Source: Bdellovibrionales bacterium (GTDB lineage Bacteria; Bdellovibrionota; Bdellovibrionia; Bdellovibrionales; JAUICD01). From it: 64,000 nt of DNA. Numbering within the stretch: the first letter of the stretch is position 1; each line of letters starts with the position of its first letter. Below are positions 12,851-24,474 of this stretch, one piece after another. The stretch covers positions 1,440,001 through 1,504,000 of the forward strand of contig OZ253553.1 of NCBI GenBank assembly GCA_965262715.1, given 5' to 3'. The notes under the pieces were generated by a model. That model saw nothing but the letters and a program-made list of their open reading frames with translations, had not been told where the DNA came from and ran no database searches. Made by a program: the position numbers and the translations under genes.

Positions 12851-15800
12851 CTACTGCAATATAAATTTTAGTTTTCGACAATTTGTAGCAGTACTGCCTC
12901 CAAGTAAACCTTCACAATGCCATCTATAGCGAATCTCTGTATCTGTTATAGCTGAGTCATTTGCAGTTCCAGCAGAGCAGCTATTTCGTTGACTGTTATT
13001 ACAAACACCGTTGACAGGTTTTATTTTCGTTTGAGACATGTTACTGTCATACCGCCATTTAAACCTTTACAATACCATTTATAAGTTGTGTCTGAATCTG
13101 GCAAATCATTTGCAGTACCGGCAAAACAACCATTCCTTTGCCCCAGATTACAAGAACCATTGATAGGTGTTTTCTGTATCTGACAATTTGTAGCAGTAGC
13201 GCCGCCATTTGCACCCATACAGAGCCATGTATAATGTGTATCTGTATCATTTATTGCGCCATCGTCTGGAGTCCCAGAGCTGCAGCCATTTCGTTGGCTG
13301 TTATCACAAACTCCTTCGATGATACTTTTTAATCTAGTACAACTTTGATTTCCACCTCCATGCAAACCTTCACAAGTCCATAGATAAAGGGTGGAATGTG
13401 TATTATCTGGCAATGCCTTTGCAGTCCCAGCAGAGCAACCATTTCTTTGGCTTTGATCACAAACGGCATCGATAGGTATCAGCTTTTGACAATCTATAGC
13501 AGTAGTGCCGCCATTTGCACCTATGCAGTACCATGTATAATGTGTATTTGTATCTGCAATAACGCCGTCGTTTGGAGTGCCGGAAGAGCAGCTATTTTGT
13601 TTACTGTTATCACAAACGCCATGGATAGGCATTAGTTTTTGACAACTTTGTGCTGTAGTGCCGCCATTTGAACCTTCACAGTGCCATGTATAATGTGTAT
13701 TTGTATCGACTATTACGGCGTCGTTTGCTCTGCCAGCAGAGCAGCCATTTCGCTGACTGTTATTACAAACACCGTTTACTGATGCAGGTTTCGCCTTTTG
13801 ACAATTTGTAGCAGTACTGCCTCCATTTTTACCCACACAGTGCCATGTATAATGAGTATTTGTATCGGTTATAGCTGAGTCATTTGCTGTGCCGGAAGAA
13901 CAACCATTTTGTTGACTGTTATTACAAATACCGTTAACAGGTTTTGCCTTTTGACAGTTTGTAGCAGTAGTGCCGCCATTTGCACCTACACAATGCCATG
14001 TATAATGTGTATTTGTATCAGCTATTGCGCCATCGTTTGCAGTGCCCGAAGAACAGCCATTTCTTTGAGCATTATTACAAGCACCGTTAACAGGTTTCTC
14101 TTTTTGACAATTTGTAGCAGTAGTGCCTCCATTTGCACCTACGCAGTGCCATGTATAATGTGTATTTGTATCGGCTATTGCGCCATCGTTTGCAGTGCCC
14201 GAAGAACAGCTATTTCTTTGATTATTATTACAAACACCGTTTACTGGTGCAGATTTTGCTTTTTGACAATTTGTAGCAGTGCTGCCTCCATTTGAACCTT
14301 CACAGTGCCATGTATAATGAGTGTTTGTATCGGCTATAGCTGCATCATTTGCTGTGCCCGAAGAACAACCATTTTGTTGACTGTTATTACAAACGCCGTT
14401 TACTGGTGCAGATTTTGCTTTTTGACAATTTGTAGCAGTGCTGCCTCCATTTGAACCTTCACAGTGCCATGTATAATGTGTATTTGTATCGGCTATAGCT
14501 GCATCATTTGCTGTGCCCGAAGAACAACCATTTTGTTGACTGTTATTACAGACGCCATTGATAGGAGGGATAGCTTTTGTACAACTTGCTGTTGCACCAC
14601 CATTTGAGCCAACACAATGCCATGTATAATGAGTACTTGTATCAGCTATTGCGCCGTCGTCTGGAGTCCCAGCAGTACAACCATTTCTGATGGTGTCATC
14701 GCCGCAAACACCATTTATTGGTGCTGCTGTATCAATGGCCATACTGCAGCAACCTGTAGCATCAGTGCCATCGTTGGTACCTAAACACTGCCACTGATAA
14801 TGAGTTTCTGAATCATCTATGTCATTTAAAGTACCTTGAATACAACCATTTTTGACGGAGTTATTACATTCTCCATTTACGATTGAAGATGGATTGCGTG
14901 TAACAGCTTGGCCTAATATAGAATTGTCACAGGTCTGATAACTTAATGGGCCAGGTAAAGGTCCGGAAAAATAACAATAGCTGCCTTCTGATGGACAGTA
15001 ATGATAATAAAACTGTTCAATTATATCATCTGCATCATCTACCGAAGTTTGACTATCTATAGTGGTAGAAGAAGAGGTTGAAGCTTGTATTGCTATAGTA
15101 CTTTTTACACAGACTTCAGTTGAAGTGATGTCTATTACACCATCACTGCAATTTAGTACATCCTCACTGCCACTATCAATTTGAAGTTCACATTGATTAG
15201 CATTTTGAATATTTGTATGTAATGTCCAAGTTCCACCTTCAGGTCTTAAATACTTATAAATGTTATTACTTTCTAACATCACAGCAATTTCTTCATCATT
15301 ATGTTTAATAATTATTGGATTAAAATGAGGTTTAGAATTAGAGCTCACTTGCAAAACTTGTTTTCGATAGGTGAGGCAATCAGAATTGTCAGGATCTTCT
15401 GCAGACACCTCAATAGTAACAGAACCAGCAGATTCATTGGTAAAGTCTAATTCAATACTTTCACTATCATCTTCGTTTGTCTCCTCAGTTGAAGAAGGTA
15501 ATGTGACCTTCCATAAGATGTTCGAAAAATCTATAGCATTCTTTAATTCAAAAGTGGCAGTCTGTCCAACAGTCAAAGAACCGCTTTCAAGAAATATCTC
15601 TAAGACATCTGTTAATGAGCATTCCTCACCAATCACAAGTCTTTTACTGGCCACGGTTAACAAATCAGAGCTTTTATAAGATGTAGCAAAAATATCGTAA
15701 CTTCCATATTGTTCGAATTTATGTTGGTATTCTGGTTCAGTTGTTGTCTCTTCTCCATCAGTAATAGTTTCAAAGGCTCTAGTGATTTTCCATTTAAAAT

Positions 15801-16110
15801 CTTCAGAATCAGAATGACTATTCATAACCTTTAGTTTCACATCACTATCAATTAGGAAATAATCTTCTATCGAGATGCTTTCATCTTCTGATGGTAAATA
15901 AGCAATAATATAACCTTTATCATTAGATACCGTTTGTTCAGAAAACAGGTTAGGAGCTTGACTTACATTTGAACCGCAGTTTTGAAAAGCTAATAACAAG
16001 AAAAGTGAAGCCAATAGAAGTAGATAAAAGGCATTATTAAAACTTAACAAAAAATGCTTTTTTATGTTTCGTTTTTTTATAACCCTAAAGAATTTCATTA
16101 TTTTTTTCAT
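12851..16110 (-). CDS. Large surface lipoprotein: Ig/PKD-like N-terminal region plus 13 Cys-rich repeats; last repeat frameshifted near 13025
   Basis: LAFQNC lipobox; 12 in-frame units of about 50-53 aa (NGxCxxxxxNGCxxGT...HYTWHCxGxNGG...C), and a 13th in ORF 12851..13039. Confidence 0.85.
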
Positions 16111-16264
16111 TGCTCTATACTTTCATCATCGTTGTATTACGAACCTTCTTTTATGTGCTATGTACTGCTAGTTGTCCAAAAATTTGAAAGGTAAAATAAG
16201 TAAAAATATCAAAAATGTAAATCTTTAAAACCAAGCTAAAAGACTTGGTTTTTAGCCTACCTGG

Positions 16265-16427
16265 ACTGTAACTTACGTACAAAAGTTACAGTATTAAGTT
16301 ATTGAAATAACTACCGATACAGGTATTGAAGGGCTTTAATTGCTAATAGTCTTTGGTGTAGAAAACGACCAAAAACATCAATGATTTTAAGGGGACAGGA
16401 CTGTAACTTTTGTACGTAAGTTACACT
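16265..16427. promoter_or_regulatory. Pair of 28-bp loxP-like sites with inverted 8-bp cores around 107 bp
   Basis: ACTGTAACTT-ACGTACAA-AAGTTACAGT (16265-16292) and ACTGTAACTT-TTGTACGT-AAGTTACACT (16400-16427), each followed by an IHF-like AAGTTATTGA. Confidence 0.5.
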
Positions 16428-16592
16428 ATCAAGTTATTGATTTCATTGAGTTATTCGAAGTTTCTATCTTTTTTCGATATGGCATTAAGGTCATGAAAAA
16501 GTCCAGGACTGTTGTAAATTGATACAATATGTGCTTCTATATGCCTTTCTTAAAAATAACTTCTTATATTTCCATTTTAGTGAGTTTTAAAG

Positions 16593-16780
16593 ATTTCCTT
16601 AACATTTTGTTAAAAAAGAAAAATTATCTTTCTTACTAAAATGTATCTCTTTCTAGGCAATCAGCGTGACGATTAACACTACAGGATGTATCCTCGTCAA
16701 CAAAATGCTGATTGCCTCAAAAATCTGTTTATTTTGAGTAGGGAGGATCTCTTCGTTTCTTTACATCATGTTAAGGAAAT
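16593..16780. repeat. Palindromic element family A, copy 2 (symmetric, 13-bp terminal inverted repeat)
   Basis: ATTTCCTTAACAT...ATGTTAAGGAAAT ends; GGCAATCAGC/GCTGATTGCC stem. Confidence 0.85.
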
Positions 16781-16880
16781 TTTCCTTCATCCTGCTTTTA
16801 CTCAAAATGAATAGAAGACAAGCCTTTTTGAAGATTGTCCATGAAATAAATCTAGGCACTGATCCGATGGCAAGAATAAA

Positions 16881-17028
16881 ATTTCCCTAACATTGTGTTA
16901 AGAAGCAAGAATATTCTCCCTACTAAAATGCATCAGCCTTTCTAGGTAGTCAGCTATTTGCTGACGATGTGAACCGCCTGAGCTGACTACCAGAAAGTCG
17001 CCAGAGGCGACATGCATTTTAGTGAAAA
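16881..17028. repeat. Palindromic element family A, copy 3 (reverse orientation)
   Basis: GGTAGTCAGC/GCTGACTACC stem; GTCGCC-AGA-GGCGAC side hairpin. Confidence 0.85.
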
Positions 17029-17368
17029 AAAATAAACACTGATATACATTGTAGTTAGATAAAGTTATGAATCACTAGAAATTCTTATCAAATTTTTATT
17101 TTTGAGACCGGCTCTAGAGATACTTCAATAAAAGAGATTGAGTTTCAAGTTTCCTTCCGGAAATCTGGCAGCCTACGCAAACCGGATGCCATTTCCATGA
17201 ACAGATTGCCGGACTCCCGGATTTCATAGAAAGCTATTAATGGCATAACGTAGACAAAGTCCCTTAAATTTATAAAAACAGCGTAAGGTAGGTTATAAAC
17301 TTACTTTTATGATTGACAAAAACAATTTTCTATTTTATAAGTCTTCAAATCAAATAAGGCTTTTTATC

Positions 17369-17913
17369 ATGACAAGGCATAAATATTTTCTTTTATTTTT
17401 TCTGTTAATCTTTATTTCTTCTGAGATATTATATGCTAGAGAAGCAATATCTTTAAAACAAATCTTAGAAATGCCAACAGAGGACAGATTAGAACTACTA
17501 AAAATATCTGTAAATTCTTTGATATCTGCTGATAAACTCAGAGATTGTCCAAGAGCTCTAATTGTTGATTATGAAACTGCAGAAGCTAAAGTAGATATAG
17601 ATAAAAACCTAACAGCATTTATGATTACATTATATTATGATGATCTTGAAGTATTCAATTTTCTGTTAGAAACAATAAAAAAAGGAGATATAAATATTCA
17701 ATTTAAAAAGAACACAATACTACACTATGCCGCTGAGATGAATAATGTAGAAATGGTAAGAGCTTTAATTGAAGCAGGAGCAGATGTGAATGCTTTAGAT
17801 AGATATAAAAGAACACCATTGTTTATAACCACACAAAGAGGTTTGTAGAAGCAGCAATAGCATTAATTATGGCAGGAGCAAACCTCAGATGCATTAGACC
17901 TCTTTGCTATTAA
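17369..17913 (+). pseudogene. Secreted ankyrin-repeat protein, frameshifted near 17843
   Basis: Signal peptide; TILHYAAEMNNVEMVRALIEAGADVNA. The next repeat continues in another frame (VEAAIALIMAGAN). Confidence 0.7.
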
Positions 17914-18177
17914 ACATAGAAGTGCAAAAAAGATGATATAAAAACTTTTCAATTTACTCTCTAAATTGTGTTTCAACTGGATAAATAACTACTAGAAGCC
18001 ATTTCAAAAGCCTTAAATTGTTATAAGTAACTGTGCTTTTCAGGCAATCAGGCAACAAGTCCCTGAAACAATTGCCAGACTGCCGGATTGCCAGATTCCT
18101 TAAGCAACGAAGATTTACCATTTTAATTCTTAATATGTGTTGCATAATAAAAAAACTTATTTTTGAGAGCAGTTCTA

Positions 18178-18618
18178 CTAAGAGGAAACTTGTAATGTAT
18201 CTCTTTGGATACTATCTAACACTCCATTGATAAAACAACCTGAATCTAAAGTAGAATATTTTTTAGCTACCTCAATTGTCTCGTTAATCACAATAGAAGG
18301 ATCTGTATGTAGATATTTAATTTCATAAGTCCCTATCCTTAATATAATTTTATCAACACTGACCATGCGGTCTAAACTCCAACTTGTAGTGTGTATAGAA
18401 ATAAGCTTATCAATTTGCGCTTCGTGAGATCTAATTCCATTAACAAGAATCTTAGCATATTCTATAACATCAGGAGGAAGATCCCCCCGATTAATAAAAA
18501 TAGAAGGAGAAAGATCAAAAGCAGAACCTATATTTGCCTGCCCTTGACCTGGGACCTGAAACTCATAAGGAAAAAGTATTTGCAAGGCAAGTTCTCTTGC
18601 CTGCCTTCTAGCACTCAT
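18178..18618 (-). CDS. nusB: Transcription antitermination factor NusB
   Basis: RRQARELALQILF...WSLDRM...ILR...INETIEVAKKY...FINGVLD. Confidence 0.95.
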   Translation of the reverse strand: MSARRQARELALQILFPYEFQVPGQGQANIGSAFDLSPSIFINRGDLPPDVIEYAKILVNGIRSHEAQIDKLISIHTTSWSLDRMVSVDKIILRIGTYEIKYLHTDPSIVINETIEVAKKYSTLDSGCFINGVLDSIQRDTLQVSS

Positions 18619-18730
18619 AAGACACCTGCTTTTTGACCAAAAGACTAGACTTATTTGATATTTCCATAAATTGCCCTGCTTTATTATCGTATTTATGACA
18701 TATATCAGTTACTATAAATAGGCAAGGTTT

Positions 18731-19363
18731 ATGATGATACCTATAAGATTTTTTCTAGCACTTTTCTTTATTTTACTTTGGGAAATTGACCACCTCAAGG
18801 CAAATACAACTGATAAAATAAGTATTTTACCTCATTTAAGCTCCCAACAAAAACCCTCTGTAGGTAAAAAAGCCGCAGATGCCTATATACGTTCCACTCA
18901 AAATACACCTCATCGATATAAAAAAAAATCATACTCTATAGGTATTTACTTTAGCCATTTTACATCATCAACAGCCTATCAATCCCCCTTCTCACCTCAA
19001 CAACAAGGATTCTCATCTGGCCTGACCTACTTACAAAAAATTTCATCAGAACATGTACTTTTTCGTGGGGACCTATCACTAGAAAAGTCTAAGAATAACA
19101 CATGGCATACATCACTAACCCCATCTTTTCTATTAAGCTATATGCCTATCTATGTAGGAGTTGGAATACCCAGTTTGAACCTCACCTTTCCAAACAATAC
19201 TTTTTATATGGATTGGCAGCTCTTAACAGGTATACGTCTTTTTGAAGTTTTAAATTTTCTTAATTTTTTTATAGAAGCTAAATGGAAAAATCCATTCAAT
19301 ATCTTTGACACTTCTCAAAGAAAAACTATGCACCTTCTAGCAGGAATTTTATTATTATTTTGA
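18731..19363 (+). CDS. Exported protein, possible outer-membrane beta-barrel
   Basis: Signal peptide, alternating hydrophobic strands, terminal Phe. Confidence 0.55.
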   Translation: MMIPIRFFLALFFILLWEIDHLKANTTDKISILPHLSSQQKPSVGKKAADAYIRSTQNTPHRYKKKSYSIGIYFSHFTSSTAYQSPFSPQQQGFSSGLTYLQKISSEHVLFRGDLSLEKSKNNTWHTSLTPSFLLSYMPIYVGVGIPSLNLTFPNNTFYMDWQLLTGIRLFEVLNFLNFFIEAKWKNPFNIFDTSQRKTMHLLAGILLLF

Positions 19364-19397
19364 TAACCCACCTTACACGAATTTTAAAACTTTGGGA

Positions 19398-19615
19398 GGC
19401 CTTGTCGCATAAAGATTTACGATGAGATTTGTGGCAAGCTTGAAATAAGCGTGAGGCCAGTGCCTTAAAAGACAAAGCTTTTATGAAATTCTTATCCTAT
19501 AAGAAAGTCATAGATTAAAAGAGATACAAGGCTCTTCGGGTTGCCTGCTGCTTATGGAAGAAATCTGTCATAGCTATTATTATATCTTTAAATTGAAAGG
19601 CCTCTGCAACAAGAA
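19398..19615. mobile_element. MITE family C, copy 1 (IS903-like ends)
   Basis: GGCCTTGTCGCA...TGCAACAAG ends; AGGCCAGTGCCTT core shared with 30374, 47131 and 61023. Confidence 0.75.
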
Positions 19616-19895
19616 TTCAAAAAAGTTATAAAAACAACAATTCCACAAATAAGTTTTTTTATGGTTCATGACATCAAGTAACTTACCAGTGGCCAATGTA
19701 CTACCAATAAACAAGTTAAAAGCCTTTTTAAGGCTACCTTACAATGATTTATATAAACCTTTTTAAAATTCTAAAAGGTTTTTAAGTAAAAACTTGATTT
19801 ATTATTTTAGCCGTGTATAGTAATAAAAATCAAAGATTACTGGATCGTTATTCCTCTATTTATCATAATAATCATAACAGTATAAAGGAGATACA

Positions 19896-21026
19896 ATGAA
19901 AAACCTCAATTCAAGTTTTATGATAGTTACAGTTATTCTTATAAGTCTGTCAAACCATTTGCTAGCACAGCAAGATCAAGGACCACAAATACAGACAAAC
20001 CAAGACACACAACTTGAGGAAGAGCAACATGAATCATCACCAGGAGATTCATTAGCACAAGAAATTATTGATTATGCAAGGGAATTACTCTTAGAAAGTA
20101 CTGCATACACCACTTACAACATCACATCAGATGAAATTTTAAAGTCTTCAAAGAATCTTCGCTATCAAGGAGGTATCAATAGATCCTATTTTCTTTCTGA
20201 TACAGTAAATGATGTGGCAGAAAGAGTAAATTTCAATAACATGGAGCGATTGGAATTTCTCAAATATCTTTTGGACACAGGTTTTTCTCCTTCACATTCT
20301 TATATCAATATGGCTGATTATTTTGTTCAAGATGACCTTTCAGATGAAACCTTCTTTCCTACAGTTGAAGACTTCACTCGATTAAAAGATATCTGTCGCA
20401 CGCGAGATTGGCCTTGTGATTCTTCCCCTCTCTCTTTTACAAGGCTGTCCCTCTTCTTAACACTTTTTCCAAGAGGACCTCGTCAAGAAAATGCATATCT
20501 TGGCTCTGCATATATTGAAATCTTATTGGATAATCTTGGATATACTTTGGAAGACCTTACCCCTCATGATTTAATGGTTCTTGAACAATTTTTAAGAGAT
20601 TTAAACTATGTTCCTGGCTGGTCTTCTGGCTATCAACCTGTTCAAAGACAGCATATAAAATATGTGACTGATGATGATTTTCAAACAGAAGTGATTGAAG
20701 CTAGTAGAGATAATCCTGTTATTGTCTATTTTTATGCTTCTTGGTGTCCCCCCTGTCGAACAATGACTCCCATGATGGAAAGGCTAGCTGATGAATTTGA
20801 AGGAGATTTCACCTTAGCTAAGATCTATTTGGACGGCAATCCTAATAGTCGAGAGATTCTATCTACAAGAGCCATTCCAGCCCTTGTGTTTTACAAGGAT
20901 GGTGAAAGCATCTCAGAATATATAGGGCTTAGCGGAACTATGACAACAAAACATCGAATAATAACCCAATTAGAATTAAGTAAAACTAGATATCTTCCAA
21001 ACTCTTTGAGAGAGATGCTCTTTTGA
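19896..21026 (+). CDS. Exported protein with C-terminal thioredoxin domain
   Basis: Signal peptide; FYASWCPPCR and cis-Pro RAIPAL; AAAGGAG RBS. Confidence 0.85.
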   Translation: MKNLNSSFMIVTVILISLSNHLLAQQDQGPQIQTNQDTQLEEEQHESSPGDSLAQEIIDYARELLLESTAYTTYNITSDEILKSSKNLRYQGGINRSYFLSDTVNDVAERVNFNNMERLEFLKYLLDTGFSPSHSYINMADYFVQDDLSDETFFPTVEDFTRLKDICRTRDWPCDSSPLSFTRLSLFLTLFPRGPRQENAYLGSAYIEILLDNLGYTLEDLTPHDLMVLEQFLRDLNYVPGWSSGYQPVQRQHIKYVTDDDFQTEVIEASRDNPVIVYFYASWCPPCRTMTPMMERLADEFEGDFTLAKIYLDGNPNSREILSTRAIPALVFYKDGESISEYIGLSGTMTTKHRIITQLELSKTRYLPNSLREMLF

Positions 21027-21086
21027 TTTATTCAATTTTTTAATGGTAATAATACTCCTTAGTTACGCATCAAAAGAAATATCATG

Positions 21087-23037
21087 TTAATCATCTTTTA
21101 TTCCAGCTAAAGAATGATGAGGCTGTTCAAGAGTTAACCATTTTTTCATTCCTACAAGATAAGTTTTAAATTCATCTTCCAATTTTGACTTAACCAAAGG
21201 GTTATCCAATGGTACCTTAACTTGATCATCTGTCATTTCAAAAGCTTGTATATCTTTGCTTGAAAGATGATATGTAACAAGATATTGGCCTGTTCTATAA
21301 TAATAATAATGAGCATCTGAAAAAAGACTCACACCCTTTTTATCAAATTGAAGTAAGTTTTTTCCTAAAAAAGAATGATATCCCTCATAACCAATCATAT
21401 GAAGCATGGTAGCTGGCACATCATGATGAGAACCTACCTTTAAGCTAACTCCTTTGCGAGTTAAACCTCTGCGGTCTAAAATAATTAAAGGCACCTGCAT
21501 ATGTTCTAAACTGTTTTCTGTATAAGCTATTTTATTCCACGATCTATGTTCACCCGTTAAGATAACAATAAGATTATCCTCTAATAAAGCAGAAATCTTT
21601 TCAACAAAATCCTCGACAAGCCAATTAGTATAACACAAACCTTTTTGAAGCCTCTCATGATAAGCATCTCTCTCAGAAGAAATTGTACAAACATCGTCAA
21701 AAGAAAATCTTTGAAAAATAGTGCTTGAAGAAGAATTGATCACATCACCAAAATGAAGTGAGTTGAGCATTATTTTTACAAAGAGAGGATTGGATTTATA
21801 AACCTTTTTCATCTCTAAAAAAGCTCTTTCAAGAAGCTGTTGATCATCTACTTTGATATACCCTGAAAAGTTAACATCAAACTCTTTTGGTCCAAAAGCT
21901 TGATCTCCACCATATTTTAAAAAACGAGAATCCATATTATATATATTGCTTCCTATAAATATTGAAGATTTATAGCCCATAGATTTAAGAATTTCAATAA
22001 TAGAAACTTTATGTGGACTCTTAGAGTGATTGTACAAGTTATTACCATCAATCATAGGAAAACCCAATAACAGAGATGTAAAAGCATTGATACTGCACTG
22101 CCAATGGAAATGAAAATTTGTGAAAGAAAGTCCTTCTTGAGCCATCTTATCTAAATAAGGAAGATACCGTATAGAGTGCGATTCATCTAAAAATTTCTGT
22201 GATAAAGAATCTATATTTAAAAGTACAATATGAGGTTTTGTCTGTAGTTTTTTTAAAGGATTTTTAAATTTTCTAGAAGAAAAAATAAAATGATCTATCA
22301 AAAACTCATCTTCACTCTCTCCAATAATACTTTGAAATTTATATTTAAAAAAACCCTCTTCATTCATATCATCTGATGCTGATAAAAAAGATAACAAGTT
22401 ACTATAAATGGAATTACCTGCAACAGTCAGATAAAATATATTGTTAAAAGAATTATAAAGGTGTTTAGAAATTTTTGTGTGAAAAGCTAGACCCATAAAA
22501 CTTAAGCCCATTATAAATAAAAATATGAAAAAAGGCAATCTTATAATTACTCTTACTGTTTAATGAAATATTTAAATTTAGTAATTTTTTTAAAGGGCAA
22601 AAGAAATAATTGGGTGAAACAGCAAACCAACTAATGATTAAAAGTAAAGGCACAATTAACATACCATAAGGGTATTTATGATAAACAGTCAAAAAAGTAC
22701 CTGTCAAAGCAGAAAAATCTGATATGTTCTTAAGGATATTGATATCAAACCTACTGTAAAAAGCTTGAAAAAAGAAAATATCAATAACAGAGAATAGTAA
22801 AAATAAAAAAGTTACAACATAGAGGTAAAATGATTGTAGAACCTTAAGAATACGATGCTTAAAAAATGTAAAAATATAAGCAGGGAAAAAGAAAATAGAG
22901 ATGGCCATACCATCTATGAAAATACCTACAAGAAACACTTTAATAAGCTCAATATCAAAACCTTCTCCACCATTTATGACAAAGAATAGTAATCGAAGGA
23001 TAGTCCCTAAAAACAAAAGCAGAAAAAAACTCATCAC
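21087..23037 (-). pseudogene. LTA synthase/sulfatase-family membrane protein, frameshifted, with IS30 at the start codon
   Basis: Membrane part (22465..23037) and sulfatase-like part (21087..22538; PHIVLLNIDSL, GSHHDVPATML, GKNLL) lie in overlapping different frames. Confidence 0.75.
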
Positions 23038-24375
23038 GTAACTTCAAATCACAAGTGCAACTCTTTTATGTTTATAGATATTTTTAAAAGTTGTATCATT
23101 TTAAGATTAATATTTCAACAAAGTTTTAATTATCATGAAAGATTATTGTAAATTATTTAATTTGAATGAATGTATTTTGATGTTTATGGCAAAGCCAAAG
23201 TAGTCTTCGAGCTAAAACTCTGCGGAAGAACGATCCTTTGCCATAAACATCAAGCTGTTAAATAAGCATTTTCAGAAGTTATTATATATAAGTAAAATTA
23301 AATGGATAAACTATGAATAACTTCAGCAAACCATCTTTTGTCTATGAAACTCATTAGGAGTTAGAAAACCTAAACTCTTTCGAGGGCGATGGTTTAAAAG
23401 AAACTCAACCTTTTTTACATCCTTAGAGGCAATTTCTCTAAAATCTGTCTTCTTTGGAAAATACTGACGGATTAAACCATTCGTGTTCTCATTTAAACCT
23501 CTCTGATATGAACTGTAAGGATGTGCAAAATAAACTTTACATCCGGTATATTCACTGATCTTCTCATGACACGAAAATTCTTTACCATTATCCAAAGTCA
23601 TTGTATGAACAACCTCTCCTTTAAGAGCTTTAGAAATAGCATGAAAAACTGCCTCAGATCTCTTAGATTCTATTTTGACAATCCTCGTCTTCTTAGAACA
23701 TCTATCTACCAGCGTGACTAAAGCTCCTTTATGATGTCTACCTATCATTAGATCACCTTCCCAGTCTCCTATCCGACTCTTCTTATCTACTATCTTAGGC
23801 CTTTTATCAATGCTCACTCTATTCTTTATCTGACCCCTTTTATCAAATCTACTTGTACCATATCGCTTCTTCCGTTGCCTCTGACATCTTAAAAATTTGT
23901 AGAGATCTCCTCCTGATTGCTTATCTCGAAGAATATGCTGATAAATACTCTCATGACTTATAGACAAACCTTTTCGTTTAAGAAAACTGGATATCTGTTC
24001 CGGACTCAAACGATCACGAAGAAACCTCTCAAGCTTATTAATGACTTTTTGTGTTATCTTTATATGTCTATGAGAGTTTTGAAGACGATAAACCGTTTTT
24101 TCATGGGCTTGTTGAGGACGATAACCTCGCAAACCTTTGTTACGATTCAATTCCCTATATATGGTGCTTTTATCTCGACCTAGTTGCGTAGCAATTGAAC
24201 TTATTGATTTTCCACTTTGCAAAAAAGCTAAAATCTGGTATCTATCACTTTGGGTTAGATGAGTGTACTTACTCATGGAATACTCCTTTCGTTATGTAAA
24301 GTTATTGATTAGAGTATTCCTCTAACCCCCTTTAAACAACTATGCAAGGAGTTGCACTTACGACTTGAATCCACC
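23037..24375 (-). mobile_element. IS30-family element, copy 1, TCATCA target duplication
   Basis: 27-bp imperfect TIRs (...AAGTGCAACTC); TCATCA at 23031-23036 and 24376-24381. Confidence 0.93.
23323..24276 (-). CDS. IS30-family DDE transposase
   Basis: HTH (KSTIYRELNRN), GDWEGD, DNGKEF, NENTNGLIRQYFPK. Confidence 0.97.
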   Translation of the reverse strand: MSKYTHLTQSDRYQILAFLQSGKSISSIATQLGRDKSTIYRELNRNKGLRGYRPQQAHEKTVYRLQNSHRHIKITQKVINKLERFLRDRLSPEQISSFLKRKGLSISHESIYQHILRDKQSGGDLYKFLRCQRQRKKRYGTSRFDKRGQIKNRVSIDKRPKIVDKKSRIGDWEGDLMIGRHHKGALVTLVDRCSKKTRIVKIESKRSEAVFHAISKALKGEVVHTMTLDNGKEFSCHEKISEYTGCKVYFAHPYSSYQRGLNENTNGLIRQYFPKKTDFREIASKDVKKVEFLLNHRPRKSLGFLTPNEFHRQKMVC

Positions 24376-24474
24376 TCATCATATAAGAGTTTTTAGAAAA
24401 ATAACACAGAACTTTTAATCTGATATTGGATATTGCATTTTTCAATTATTTATCTCCTTCTTGAAAAGCATCTT

